Notes under the pieces: model-generated
What the model was told of the DNA's origin: nothing
Database searches by the model: none
The model's input: the letters and a program-made list of their open reading frames with translations, nothing else
Part shown: positions 24,257-35,384 of the stretch, in pieces
Layout of the letters: each line of letters starts with the position of its first letter
Position numbering within the stretch: the first letter of the stretch is position 1
Position numbers and translations under genes: made by a program
Assembly (NCBI GenBank): GCA_038087875.1
Contig: CM075990.1
Location: 14,200,001 to 14,264,000 of the forward strand
DNA from: Malacoraja senta
Lineage: Eukaryota
Reading direction: 5' to 3'
DNA: 64,000 nt

Positions 24257-24761
24257 CTGTCAGCAGCAGCAGACGAGGTCTCGTAGAATACTTCATCGTC
24301 TGGGGCTTTGGACTCTTCCTCTCCACTCTCTCCTCCACTCCCAGCGTTCCCATCTGGCATGGACAACCCGGGAGAAATGGAATGAGAGTCCACCTGGACA
24401 TCACATCCTACTGTTGAACCAGGGTGTTGCAGACTCTGGCACTTCTCTGGGCTGTCCATGTTGGCTTCAGCCATGACCTCATCTAGATTGGTTTCCTGGT
24501 AGCGTCTGACTGGCACCGCGTCCAGGTCTGTCTCCGAGAACTTGGTCCTTCTGGATGCATCTCCTGGTTTGCAATTCGTGGAATTCCCATTTGGCAAAGG
24601 AGAGACCTTTGGACCATTGGCCTCCTCCCTCAAGCCGCGATTGACAGGCTTCCAAGTCCCAGATGTTCCATCGTTGGACACCTCGTTCCACTCATTCCGC
24701 ACTGTTTCATTATCGTCAACGGCGTGTGGATTTGCTAATGTCTGCTGGATCTGCGATTCAG
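24257..24761 (-). CDS. PSD: PSD coding exon, 505 nt (AESQIQ...KFSETDLDAVPVRRYQETNLDEVMAE...DDEVFYETSSAAAD)
   Basis: Acceptor TTTTCTCCTTACAG|CT (phase 1); donor CAG|GTAATG (phase 2). Matches recalled human [26 protein letters not shown] and DDEVF. Confidence 0.93.
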
Positions 24762-24908
24762 CTGTAAGGAGAAAACAGAGTGTTAGGCACCAACTCCTCA
24801 GCCCCCATTCAAGAACACAACTAAATCCACCTCTATGCATTGGAACTGAAAACACTTTGAATAGCTACTGTATGTTTGAACACAATGTGGCAACAAGCAC
24901 TAGCCTTT

Positions 24909-25228
24909 AAGCCCTGTCCCACGGTACGAGCTCATTCCAAGAGCTCTCCCGAGTTTTAAAAAAATCAAACTCGTGGTAAGCACGGAGAATGAACGTAGCG
25001 GGTACGCCGGAGCTCAGGGACGTCTCTTAGCGCTAACGGCAGGTACTCGGGAAGACTCGCTAATGGCAGGTAAGCACGGGAAGACTCGTGAAGATTTTTC
25101 AACATGATGAAAAATGTCCACGAGAGCCCCGAGTACCGACGAGTGGCCAATACCGTAAATCTCCGAGTTCGAATCAGGGCAAACTCGGGAGAGCTCTTGG
25201 AATGAACTCGTACCGTGGGACAGGGGTT
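24909..25228. mobile_element. Harbinger-type MITE
   Basis: About 45-bp TIR CCCTGTCCCACGGTACGAG.TCATTCCAAGAGCTCTCCCGAGTTT; TTT flanks. Confidence 0.85.
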
Positions 25229-25370
25229 TTTGTTATTAAGAGAAAGGAGTGGACCCATTTGAGTTTATCATAACAAGAAATATTGATTGCATTTACACCA
25301 AATGCTGAAGGAACTCAGCAGGTCAGGCAGGATCTGGGGAGAGAATGGGCAGTCAACGTTTTAGGTTAGG

Positions 25371-26270
25371 TGTAGATTAATGATGCATGTGAACCGATCA
25401 CTAACTCCACCCCACCATAACACTATACTAACGCCTATTCCCAGCACCGTCAGCTAGGATGAACTGACAACACCTTGTCTTTAGATGCTGCCAAGTTACA
25501 GTGCTGATTAAAGATGTGTTTTAATCATATACTGTCTCCGGTGTCGATTTACATGGTGTCATTTAAAAAAAAAAAATTTTTTAATTAAAGTTCATACCGA
25601 ACCTCAGCAAACTAAGCTCCACACTGTGGCAGCTGACCAAAAAGGACACTGCATGGTCATGGTTCCAGCAACACCAGGATGCCTTTGATGTTCTAAAATC
25701 CAAACTGACCAGTGCACCGACCCTGACTTTTTTCGACCTGAAACGTCCGGTGGCGATCACCTGCGATGCCTCGAAATTCTGGCTCGGCGCAGCCTGCTTG
25801 CAACCGTCTGATGATGGCACCCTACTACCTGTCGCGTATGCCTCTCGCACAATGACCGACACGGAGCAGCACTACGCGCAAATCGAAAAGGAACTGCTGG
25901 CTGTCGTCTTTGCCTGCTCCAAATTACACGACTTCGTCCATGGCAACACGTTCCCGGTCGAGACGGACCACCAACCACTGGTGACAATCCTGAACAAGCC
26001 CATCCATGCCGCGCCAGCTCGCTTGCAGCGCATGATGAAGCAGCTGCAGCGGTACGACTTCTGTATTACCTACACAAAGGGTAGGGACATGCATGTCGCA
26101 GACACACTCTCTCGTGCACCTCGAGCATCTTGCGAACATCACCCCCATGAACGGGAGAATTTCACGGTTCTCGGTGTCGATCTCATCTCCAGTAAGCAAC
26201 TGCGCCTCCTGGCCACGCATACTGCCAATGATGATACGCTTCAAGCCCTCTCATCCATCATCAATCTACA
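25371..26270 (+). mobile_element. Rearranged Ty3/Gypsy element: 183-bp LTR, PBS stub, RT-end/RNase H fragment, inverted LTR start
   Basis: LTR TG(25371)...ACA(25553) with ATTAAA; TGGTGTCA PBS stub; pol peptide KFIPNLS...CDASKFWLGA...YAQIEKELLAVVFA...ETDHQPL...VADTLSR; TTAGG TSD at 25366-25370 and 26271-26275. Confidence 0.9.
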
Positions 26271-27290
26271 TTAGGTCCCTTCTTTAGACCCTGTCCATTC
26301 CTGCCACTGATGCTACCTGAACCGCTGAGTTCCGCCAGCACTTTGTGTTTCGCTCAAGGCTCCAGCATGTAGTTTCTCATGTCTCTGTTTTACTTGCATT
26401 TATTTGCTTCATAGCTCTGACAGCACCAAATACCACTGGGAATAAGAACAGAACTGTAATATATCAAAGGATTATGGGGATCAATTGTGCAAAGAACCAA
26501 AGATAGATTCACTATTGACACTGGATCTTTGGCCCGCTGAGTTTACACTTATCATCAATCACCCATTTACACTCATCTCATGTTTTATTCCCCCAAGTTT
26601 CTCATCATCTCTCTGCAATCTATTGCTATCACACACCATTATCCTGCATGTCATTGGAATATAGCAGAGCCTCTATAGAACATACCTGTTTAAGAAACCC
26701 ATTGGGAATCTTTATCTCATTGCTCAGACTTTACTTCACCTTGTTGAGCAATTTTAGGAAACGGCAAAGACACCAGAATTTGCAATTGAAGCTCACAGTT
26801 TATCAGTCAATCCAAGCTATCAAAGGCCATTTTCATCAACACATTCTTAACATTGGGTGATTGCAGTGCAGCCAGTAGAGTTGCTGCCTCACAGCTCCAG
26901 TGACCGGGGTTAAATCTGGACCTCCGATGCTGTCAGTGTGTAGTTTGCACGTTCTCTCTGAGATGACGTGGATTCTCCATTTTCCTCCTACGTCCCACAC
27001 TAACGTGGATTTATAATTTAATAGGTCACTCTAAATTGCTCCTTGTGTTTAGATGGGTTGTAGAATATGAAGTTGTTAGGAATGTACAGAGAATAGGTGG
27101 CAGGGGATAATTGGCCATGGAATGGCAATACTCTGTGAGCCGGTGCAGACTCGATGGACTGAATGGCCTCGTTTTAGGTCCTGAGGAAATATGAAAGCAG
27201 TTTCCACAAATCTACCCATGACAGCATCAATGTGACTGCCAATGGCTAGTGACATCTTTTCAGCATGTCCAAGATGGATTCGACATTTAC

Positions 27291-27402
27291 CTTTATCTTC
27301 TGGGGCCTGCGGTTCTGAGGTTCCATAGAAGAATTCTCGTCTGGCTTTTGCAATCTTCTGAGCCCGCTCGGAGTGTTCCCTGGCCCATGTACAAGAGTAG
27401 GC
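27291..27402 (-). CDS. PSD: PSD coding exon, 112 nt (AYSCTWAREHSERAQKIAKARREFFYGTSEPQAPEDK)
   Basis: Acceptor TTTTGTTTTTTAAG|GCC (phase 0); donor AAG|GTAAAT (phase 1). Matches recalled human PSD AQRIARAKWEFFYG. Confidence 0.92.
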
Positions 27403-27481
27403 CTTAAAAAACAAAATGCGTTCATTGTTCAGTGAGACTCAACATCCAATATGTGGAGCGGTTGGTGTCCATCTGTACGGT

Positions 27482-27798
27482 CAAGAGGTACAGAAGTGTG
27501 AAAACACACACCTCCAGATTCAGGGACAGTTTCTATCCAGCTGTTATCAGGCAACTAAATCATCCTACCAACAACTAAAGAGCGGTCCTGAACTACCACC
27601 TACCACATTGGAGACCCTCGGACTATCTTTAAATCGGACCTTACTGGACTTTGCATTAAACATTATTCCCCTTATCCTGTAACTTTAAATTGTGGACGGC
27701 TCGATTGTAATCGTGAATAGTCTTTTCGCTGATTGAATAGCATGCAACAAAAAGCTTTTCGCCGTACCCCAGTACACGTGACAATATACTAAACTAAA
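27482..27798 (+). mobile_element. Older Rex1/Babar-type 3' end
   Basis: AGAGGTACAGAAG...CCAGATTCAGGGACAGTTTCT.CCAGCTGTTATCAGGC...ACACGTGACAATA. Confidence 0.65.
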
Positions 27799-28876
27799 GG
27801 TGGGTATTAAAGGAAGATAGGGAGGTGAAGGAGCATTGGACATTTCAGAACTTAGAGCATTGACAGCTGGAATTATTTATTGCGGAAATGGTAAAAGGGG
27901 GCAGAATTGGAAGAGTTGATTGGAATGGGGATTGATGAGATACTGATTGAGGCAGGGGACTTGCCATTACAGAGAAGATGAATAGTGCAAATTCCTCATC
28001 TTTTCCACAATCATTAACCCATAGCTGGAAATCCACATCATAAATCACACATCCCAAGTGTTAGCTGTGACTCCATGGGCAACACTCCTTTCCTTTGGTG
28101 ATAGGGTTGAAGGTACAAGTCACGCACCAGAACCTTCAAACCAAACATTCATGCTGATAAACAGGATGTGTAGGATGGAACTGCAGATGCTGGTTTACAC
28201 CAAGGATAGACACAAAATGCTGGAGTAACTCAGTGGGACAGGCAGCGTCTCTGGAGAGAAGGAATGGATGACATTTCGAGTCGAGGCTCTTCTGCAGAGG
28301 ATAATGGACAGATGTCATTTTAGGTCAGGGCCCTTTTTCAGAAATGTCATCTGTCAATTTCCCTCCACAGATGCCCCTGACTCACTGAGTTCCTCCAGCT
28401 GTTTGTGTTCCAGCATCTGTAGTCTTTTATGTCTTGAAACATTGTTTGTATTGGGCATGCAATTCAATTGAAGGTTTGATTGAGATGAATAAATGCTGCA
28501 AGGCTGCAATAGTCCAACACCATCCATCGGCCAACAAATGAATGAATACTTTATTGTCGCATGTGACAAGTCACGGTGACTCCTATAACCTCCTTCACCT
28601 GCATCAACCTGTCACTTGCCAGGTTTTGTCCTGCACCCACTTCTTTTTTCCAGCATTCTTCCCCCTACTACTACATAAAGAAGGGTCCCGGCCTGAAACA
28701 TCATCTGTCCACAGTTGTTACATGACCCGTTTAGTTCCTCCAGCAACTTGGGATTTTTCTGCTCAAGATTCATGCTTCCGCAGTCCCTTGGGCCCTCCAA
28801 GCCCCACAAGGCCCTCCAAGCTCACAACTTTGGTGGCGCTAGACAGAAAGATTTATTCAACTCTTGGATATTATTT

Positions 28877-29174
28877 CGGTGGCGTAGGGTAGAGTTGCCG
28901 CCTTACAGCGAATGCAGCGCCGGAGACCCGGGTTCGATCCTGACTACGGGTGCTGTCTGTACGGAGTTTGTACGTTCTCCCCGTGACCTGCGTGGGTTTT
29001 CTCCGAGATCTTCGGTTTCCTCCCACACTCCAAAGACGTACAGATATGTAGGTAGGTTAATTGGCTTGGTAAATGTAAAAATTGTCCCTTGTGGGTGTAG
29101 GATAGTGTTAATGTGCGGGGATCGCTGGTCGGCGCGGACCCGGTGGGCCGAAAGGCCTGTTTCCGCGCTGTATC
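28877..29174 (+). mobile_element. V-SINE (HE1-like), representative of about 20 copies in the window
   Basis: tRNA head GGTGGCG...GGTTCGATCC, V-domain GTTCTCCCCGTGACCTGCGTGGGTTTTCTCCG...GGTTTCCTCCCAC, CR1-like tail GGGCCGAAAGGCCTGT. Confidence 0.85.
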
Positions 29175-29764
29175 AAAATTAATACTCCAACCCACTCTTA
29201 ATTTATTTTTTCAAGCAGTTAAACAGTAGAATAATATTGTTTCCAGTAAACCTGGTAAGTTTCAAGGGATTTGGTGTAACAGGGGCCTCAAAGTTTCAAC
29301 CTGTGGAATGTGGCAGATTTTTTTTAATTGGATAGCGGATTATCGGAGTTTTACCGCATTGTGTTAACGTGATACCCTGTGTCTACGTCAGTGAACGAAG
29401 AGAGTGCTAGTCTGCTCATGAGGTCAGTTCAGGAGAATCTATAAATAGACCATTGGCATTGCTTGGTTATCGCCCAGAGTCTGAGGTAAGCACTGAAAAT
29501 AGCTTCTGGTCCAACTCGATAGTTTGTGAAGCTGTGTCTTATTTTCAGTGACGCAAATAACAATTAGGCAATTATTCTGGGTATGATTTTTATGCTTGCT
29601 TTTAATCAAAAAAGACATGCAGCTTATGTCAAATCGATCGGTACCACTTTAAGAATTGCTTCATGTAACCACCTACTGTCCAGTGGCCACTTCATGTGGC
29701 ATGGGACTGGTCAGAGATCTGTCCACCTCTGTGGAGAATGCCACAGTGAGAGGAATGTCCTGAC

Positions 29765-30072
29765 CACAACCAGGGGCCACAGTTTAAGAATTAGGGGTAG
29801 GCCATTTAGAACGGAGACGAGGAAAAACTTTTTCACCCAGAGAGTTGTGAATCTGTGGAATTCTCTGCTTCAGCAGGCAGTAGTCGAGGCCAATTCTCTG
29901 GATGCTTTCAAGAGAGAGTTAGATAGGGCTCTTAAAAATAGCGGAGTCAGGGGATATGGGGAGAAGGCAGGAACGGGGTACTGGTTGAGGGTGATCAGCC
30001 ATGATCACATTGAATGGCGGTGCTGGCTCGAAGGGCCGAATGGCCTACTCCTGCACCTATTGTCTATTGTCT
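29765..30072 (+). mobile_element. CR1 3' end
   Basis: [35 protein letters not shown] tail. Confidence 0.9.
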
Positions 30073-30402
30073 AATATGAAGAAGGAACCAGTGAATTGTA
30101 CAAATACAACTGCAATGTTGGCAGAACAACGAGCATTCGCCAGGGTTACTCCACCAAACAGATATCAACTTAAAGTCTCCCCCTGTTTGGGAATGAAGAT
30201 GCTGTAGCAATCCAGAAAGTGCTGTCTGTAATTCCCAGATGGTTAACAGGCTGCACACATGGAATTTAGTCTTGAATTACATCGAAGGGAAGTCAGTGAC
30301 ACCACAGATGAAATCTGAGATAAAGCTGGAAATATGTGGCAGGTCAAACAGTAGAAAGTTGATGTTTCAGATATGGGCTCCTCATTAGATCAGGGATAGA
30401 GG

Positions 30403-30568
30403 GATTCAGCAGTCTGAGCAGCTAGGATGTACCGACAACCTATCGTCCTCAACGCTGCTAAGTTTCAGTATAAGTATAAGGAACGAGTGTTAGTATAAGT
30501 GTTATAGTGGGGTGAAGTTAGTGATGCTGGCTTATGTGTGATTGGATCACAAGCATCATCAATCTACA
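30403..30568 (-). mobile_element. Relic of a related Gypsy LTR with an internal inversion
   Basis: About 30470-30568 is the reverse complement of the LTR start (TGTAGATTGATGATGC...CACTAACTTCACCCCACTATAACAC). About 30418-30469 matches the LTR middle on the plus strand (CAGCTAGGATG...GCTGC.AAGTT.CAGT). Confidence 0.7.
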
Positions 30569-31773
30569 GGTAGGGGGGAAGGTGGGGGAGGAAATTGCAG
30601 GGAATAAAGGGAGCATCTCCAATTGGTTGAGACTGGTTGACCTACTATGGGAGTTAGGATATTGCGGCGTTCAAAGTTCGGGTATCGTGTTTCTAATGGC
30701 GAGGCTGTGCGACGTGACGAGCAAACCAGACTGTACTTCAAAACAAACAAAGGCAAAAAGAAAAACCGAGCCAAAATAATGGCGGCATGAGTGGCTCTCT
30801 GAAGTGGTTTGAATAGTAAAACAGGCCTTCCCCATAATGGAATAGAATGTAATGGTTGTTAGATGTGGCAGTGTGAGAGAGGGGTCGTGTGGAGCATAAA
30901 CACTGCACTCTCTATCTCCCAGCATCTGGATCAGCGCGGGCGACTTCTGCCGGTCCTGTTTACACGCTCCTGTCATTCCGCACGCATGTACAACAAAGGG
31001 CAATTCACTGCTGGAGACTCAGCTGTCTTTAATAGTCTCAGTAACACTCAGCCTCTGAATGAGCTGGACAAGTGCCAGTCAATAGACACACTTAACGCTT
31101 GGGACCCCAATCACCACAAGCAACCTGGATCGATTCCAAGACACTCGCCTAATCTGCCCCACAGTCCAGGTGAATGGTGTGCAGAAAGGAACTGCAGATG
31201 CTGGTTTATACCGAAGACAGACAGAAAGTGCTGGAGTAACTCAGCGGGTCAGGCAGCATCTCTGGAAGAAAAGGATGGGTGACACCTCGTGTTGGGACCT
31301 TTCTTCAGACTTCGGGAGACTGTAGAAGGGTCCTGACCCGAAACGTCAGCCATCCTTTTCCTCCAGAGATGCTGCCTGGCCTGCTGAGATACATTGCATC
31401 TCACTCACTATATGAATGCTGGGTCTGCAGACTGTGACATCAGGCTCTATGTCATACTCACCTGGGCAGGTTTAACATCTGCGGGAAGTTGATGGATATA
31501 TGGAGAGAATAAAAGGGATTAATATAAATGGGTGCTTGATGGTCGGCACAGACGGGACGGGTCAAAAGGTCTGCTTTTGTGCACTATGACTTTGAAGCTT
31601 TTCGTTCGATCATTTCTTACCCGCTCTTCAGTGGTTAATTAGTCCCCTCGCTGAAATTCCAATAGAATGGAGAGAGAGGCTGGTGGTGAGGAATCTGCAC
31701 TGGGTGGCGATCTGAAGATGAACGGCAAGGGCAAGGGCAGCAGTGGCAAGAACCAAGCTCGGTTGACAGTCTA

Positions 31774-32282
31774 GGGCGGCCCTGTGGCGCAGCGGTAGAG
31801 TTGCTGCCTTATAGCACCAGATACCCTGGTTCGATGCTGACTACAGGTGCTGTCTGTACGGAGTTTGTACGCTCTCCTCATCATCCGCATGGGTTTTCTC
31901 CGAGAGCTCCGGTTTCCTCCCACACTCCAAAGACCTACAGGTTTGTAGGTTGACAAAAATGCTGGAGAAACTCAGCGGGTGAGGCAGCATCTATGGAGCG
32001 ATGGAAATAGGCGACGTTTCGGGTTTCCCGAAACGTCGCCTATTTCCATCGCTCCATAGATGCTGCCTCACCCGCTGAGTTTCTCCAGCATATTTGTCTA
32101 CCTTCGATTTTCCAGCATCTGCAGTTCCTTCTTAAACAGGTTTGTAGGTCAATTGGCTTGGTAAAATTGTGAAATTTTCCCGAGTGTGTGTAGGATGGTG
32201 TTAGTGTGCAGGGATCACTGGTCGGTGCGGACTCGGTGGGCCGAAGGGCTTGTTTCCGTGCTGTATCTCTAAACTAAACTAA
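31774..32282 (+). mobile_element. V-SINE with nested pLTR hairpin
   Basis: Same head, V-domain and tail; (AAACT)n end. Confidence 0.85.
31951..32135. mobile_element. Fold-back pLTR insertion (72-bp arms, 3-nt loop) in a V-SINE
   Basis: 31952-32023 is the reverse complement of 32027-32098 with 1 mismatch; TSD ACAGGTTTGTAGGT. Confidence 0.9.
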
Positions 32283-32698
32283 GAAGCTCTGTTATGGAGA
32301 TTAACATGCAGGAAGGTCAAAATGGAAGCAAAGTTTGTGAACAATCTGAATTACTCTGTGGGAGGAGGATGGGGTCAATGGCGAGTGCAGAGTTTGTCGT
32401 GGGGACCAAAGAGTGTATAGCCACCCCCCAGGCAGTGTATGGTGGCCCTTCTATCAAATCCTTAGCCAGAGCTCTTTATCACTACCCACAGCACCATTTC
32501 AGTGCCAGAAGTTCAATGGACACCATTTCAGTGCCAGCACTGTACCCCCTCACCCCTGTTTAAACACATTTACACTTGAATTTGACCTTGATGCCAATAC
32601 CAGTTTTACCCATTATTTGAAGTGCAATGTAATAACTCTGGAAATTCTGTATGGGATAAAGAGTAACTACACAGTCTGTGCAACCTAGAAGGAACCAT

Positions 32699-32890
32699 GT
32701 GTAGGAGGGAACTGCAGATGCTGGTTTAAACCAAAGATAGATACAAAATGCTGGAGTAACTCAGCGGGACAGGCAGCATCAATGGAGAGAAGCAATGGGT
32801 GACGTTTCGGGTCGACCCGAAACGTCACCCATTCCTTCTCTCCATTGATGCTGCCTGTCTCGCTGAGTTACTCCAGCATTTTGTATCTAT
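32699..32890. mobile_element. Fold-back pLTR insertion (about 79-bp arms, no loop)
   Basis: Palindrome centred on GGGTC|GACCC (32813/32814); imperfect TSD CTAGAAGGAACCAT/CTAGAAGAACCCAT. Confidence 0.88.
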
Positions 32891-33033
32891 CTAGAAGAAC
32901 CCATATCTGCTTATCCATTCTTCCCACAACCAAGTAATCCAAGCACTCAACCCAGGAGAATGTAATAGTCCAACCGCACATTTGTAATCTAATTGTCAAG
33001 ACTTAATCAAGTGCATATCATTCTGGAAAGTAC

Positions 33034-33963
33034 CTGTTTGAAGCCAGGGCTGTTTGGACTCTCCATTTCAATTGATGGCTCTGAGCTGTGATTAGATAAG
33101 TCGATATTATTGTTGGATGTTTCATTGAAAGTGGATGCAGTCGTTGGGTTTGTTCCCAGGTCCTGACTACTGGTCTGTGATGGTTCTGATGTGAACAAGT
33201 GGTCTATCTTGTTCCCATTTTGGAGGCCAATGTGGGAATCTTGAGCATCAGGGCACTTTGTACTAACACTGTCAACCAAGCATTGGCCGGCCACCAACCC
33301 ATCTGATGGCCTGCTCGAGGCTCCCACAGTCACCATGTCTAGACTTCCCATCTGAGGCAGTTTTGATACAAAACTCGACAATGCTTTGTGCCCAGTTTGT
33401 GGGCTTCTATATCCAGCTGACGGAAATTGCGCTGTGGAAAGACGTTTTGCTTCTTGAGAAACCACCGATGTGCTGAAAGGATTAACGATGGTCTTCACCT
33501 TGGCCTTTTCGATGTAGCTGAAAGTAACGACCGAGCTTTTACCTCCAGTATTGAAGTTCGCCTTTCTTACTGTATTCTCCAAGGTAGAGGGGCAGAAGGA
33601 GCGAGTTCTGACTCCCACCGGGGAGGTGGGAGCAGTGGACCTCCCTGGGCTGCTGGCGATCGTTTCCCGAAAGGGGTTGGTCTCCGATCGAGTGCGGACA
33701 AGCGAGGACCCGATCTTCTCTCGGCCAGGCAAGCCCAAGAAGTCGACTCTGGCTTCTGGCTGCAGGCTGCGTCTCTGCATGTGGGGCCGGGGGGTCAGTG
33801 AATTGGCGGAGGAGGATTGGCATGGTGACCGGCTGGGGGCTTCGTACTGAGCTGTGTTCAGGTAGCCCCGTCCCGGAGATTCTGAAGGCATTTGGACACA
33901 ATTCCTGGAGTGACCGGTCCTCAGCTCCATGTAGAAAGTCATGACTTTTGTATTCTGCGCCAT
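33034..33963 (-). CDS. PSD: PSD/EFA6A first coding exon (MAQNTKVMTF...SPGFKQ); exon begins at acceptor 33980
   Basis: Acceptor ...CCTTCGTTTGTGATAG|GATT; ATG in GGAATGG context; donor CAG|GTACTT, phase 0; 310 codons. The MAQ start and SSVVTFSYIEKAKVK match recalled human PSD MAQ... and SSVVIFRFVEKASVR. Confidence 0.88.
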
Positions 33964-35384
33964 TCCATGTAAATCCAATCCTATCACAAACGAAGGGCAG
34001 GCAAGAGGAGCGGCCAGACCACGATCACCTTCCCACCTTGAGAAACATCAGCTCTCCAACCTGGAAGTTCCAAGAAACATATTACTGATGGACATTGTCA
34101 ATGTGTTAAATGGAGTTGCAATCTATGTTACAGTCTAAAATTTTGCGGGTCATAAGAAACAGATGGTATGAAGAGTTGAGAATAGACCGAGACCTATTCA
34201 GACCGATTGCATTTTAGACCCTTGCAAGAAGATATGATTATTCCCGCTAAGCCCAGCAGCGTGAGAAGCTCAATGAGCACACATGCAGACATATACAAGA
34301 GTCTGTTGAAGGGTTTTGACCCGAAACGTCACCTATTCCTTTTCTCCAGAAATGCTACCTGACCCGCTGAGTTACTCCAGCATTTTGTGTCTATCTTCAG
34401 TATAAAGCGGCATCTGCAGTTCCTTCTTACACACACCCGATTATAATTTAGTATATATGCACTCACTCAGGCAAATTAATATGATAGACAGACGCACATT
34501 TTACCATGATGTGCAGATGCTGTTGTGCATATGATACAGAGGTACATATGATGTGACATATGCACATATATATAGTATACACATGTGTATACCTGTTCGT
34601 AGTAATCATATTAAATAAATACAAATAAAAGTAAATTACTAAGTAAATACAAACATTTAAACACAAAATAATACACAGATGCAAACACAAAACTACACAT
34701 AAATATGATTTACACAAATGCACACAACTAAACATGATATACATTCCAACACACAGATGCACATAAATGCAAGCTTATACAAGAAAACTTTTACACAGAT
34801 TTGAATTGACACAGCGTAAGATTGCTCCATCCATAATTTTAGCCAACAATTGCTTAGCAATTGCACTCAGGAGAAGGTATTGTTTTTTCTGCATTTACTG
34901 TGGCCTTCAGTGGCAATTCCCCACTGCTTCTCCATCACCCAATCTAAATGATAGCAGGTGACATCCCACACACCAAGATAACAACTAGCAGTGCGATGAG
35001 AAAGAATCGCAAGTCTGTATGAAGGAAGGCACACCGGGCTACAGGATTGTTCATGGCAACATGGGCTATATCTTTGACGAGGGAGCGCATGGCCATTGTT
35101 CTCGTTTCCGAAAATCAGATTTCTTGTGGCACGCAACGCGCAGCCATCGTCACAGTGTGAGTTTAATGCATTTGACAAAGGACAAATTTCTTCCTTTTCC
35201 AATAATTCCTTGCAAAGAAAACAGTGGTAAAGTGCATACTTCACAAGTCAAGGTTTTTAAGCACAGGGAAAAAATGAACTTTAAGATTTCCCATCACGAT
35301 TTGTTGATAAATACTTAATTTCAGGAAACCTTGCTCAAATCTAAATGTTCACTTTGTTTTGTTCCCTGGCTGCCATGTTTCTTA

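Noticed and set aside
27076..27290. ORF continuation past the 27291 donor
   Set aside because: Read-through into intron and a V-SINE tail; the splice phase fits the next exon.
21657..29357. Tigger-like TIR pair apparently enclosing two PSD exons
   Set aside because: Internal sequence is repeated in the same orientation at both places, so these are two separate decayed copies.
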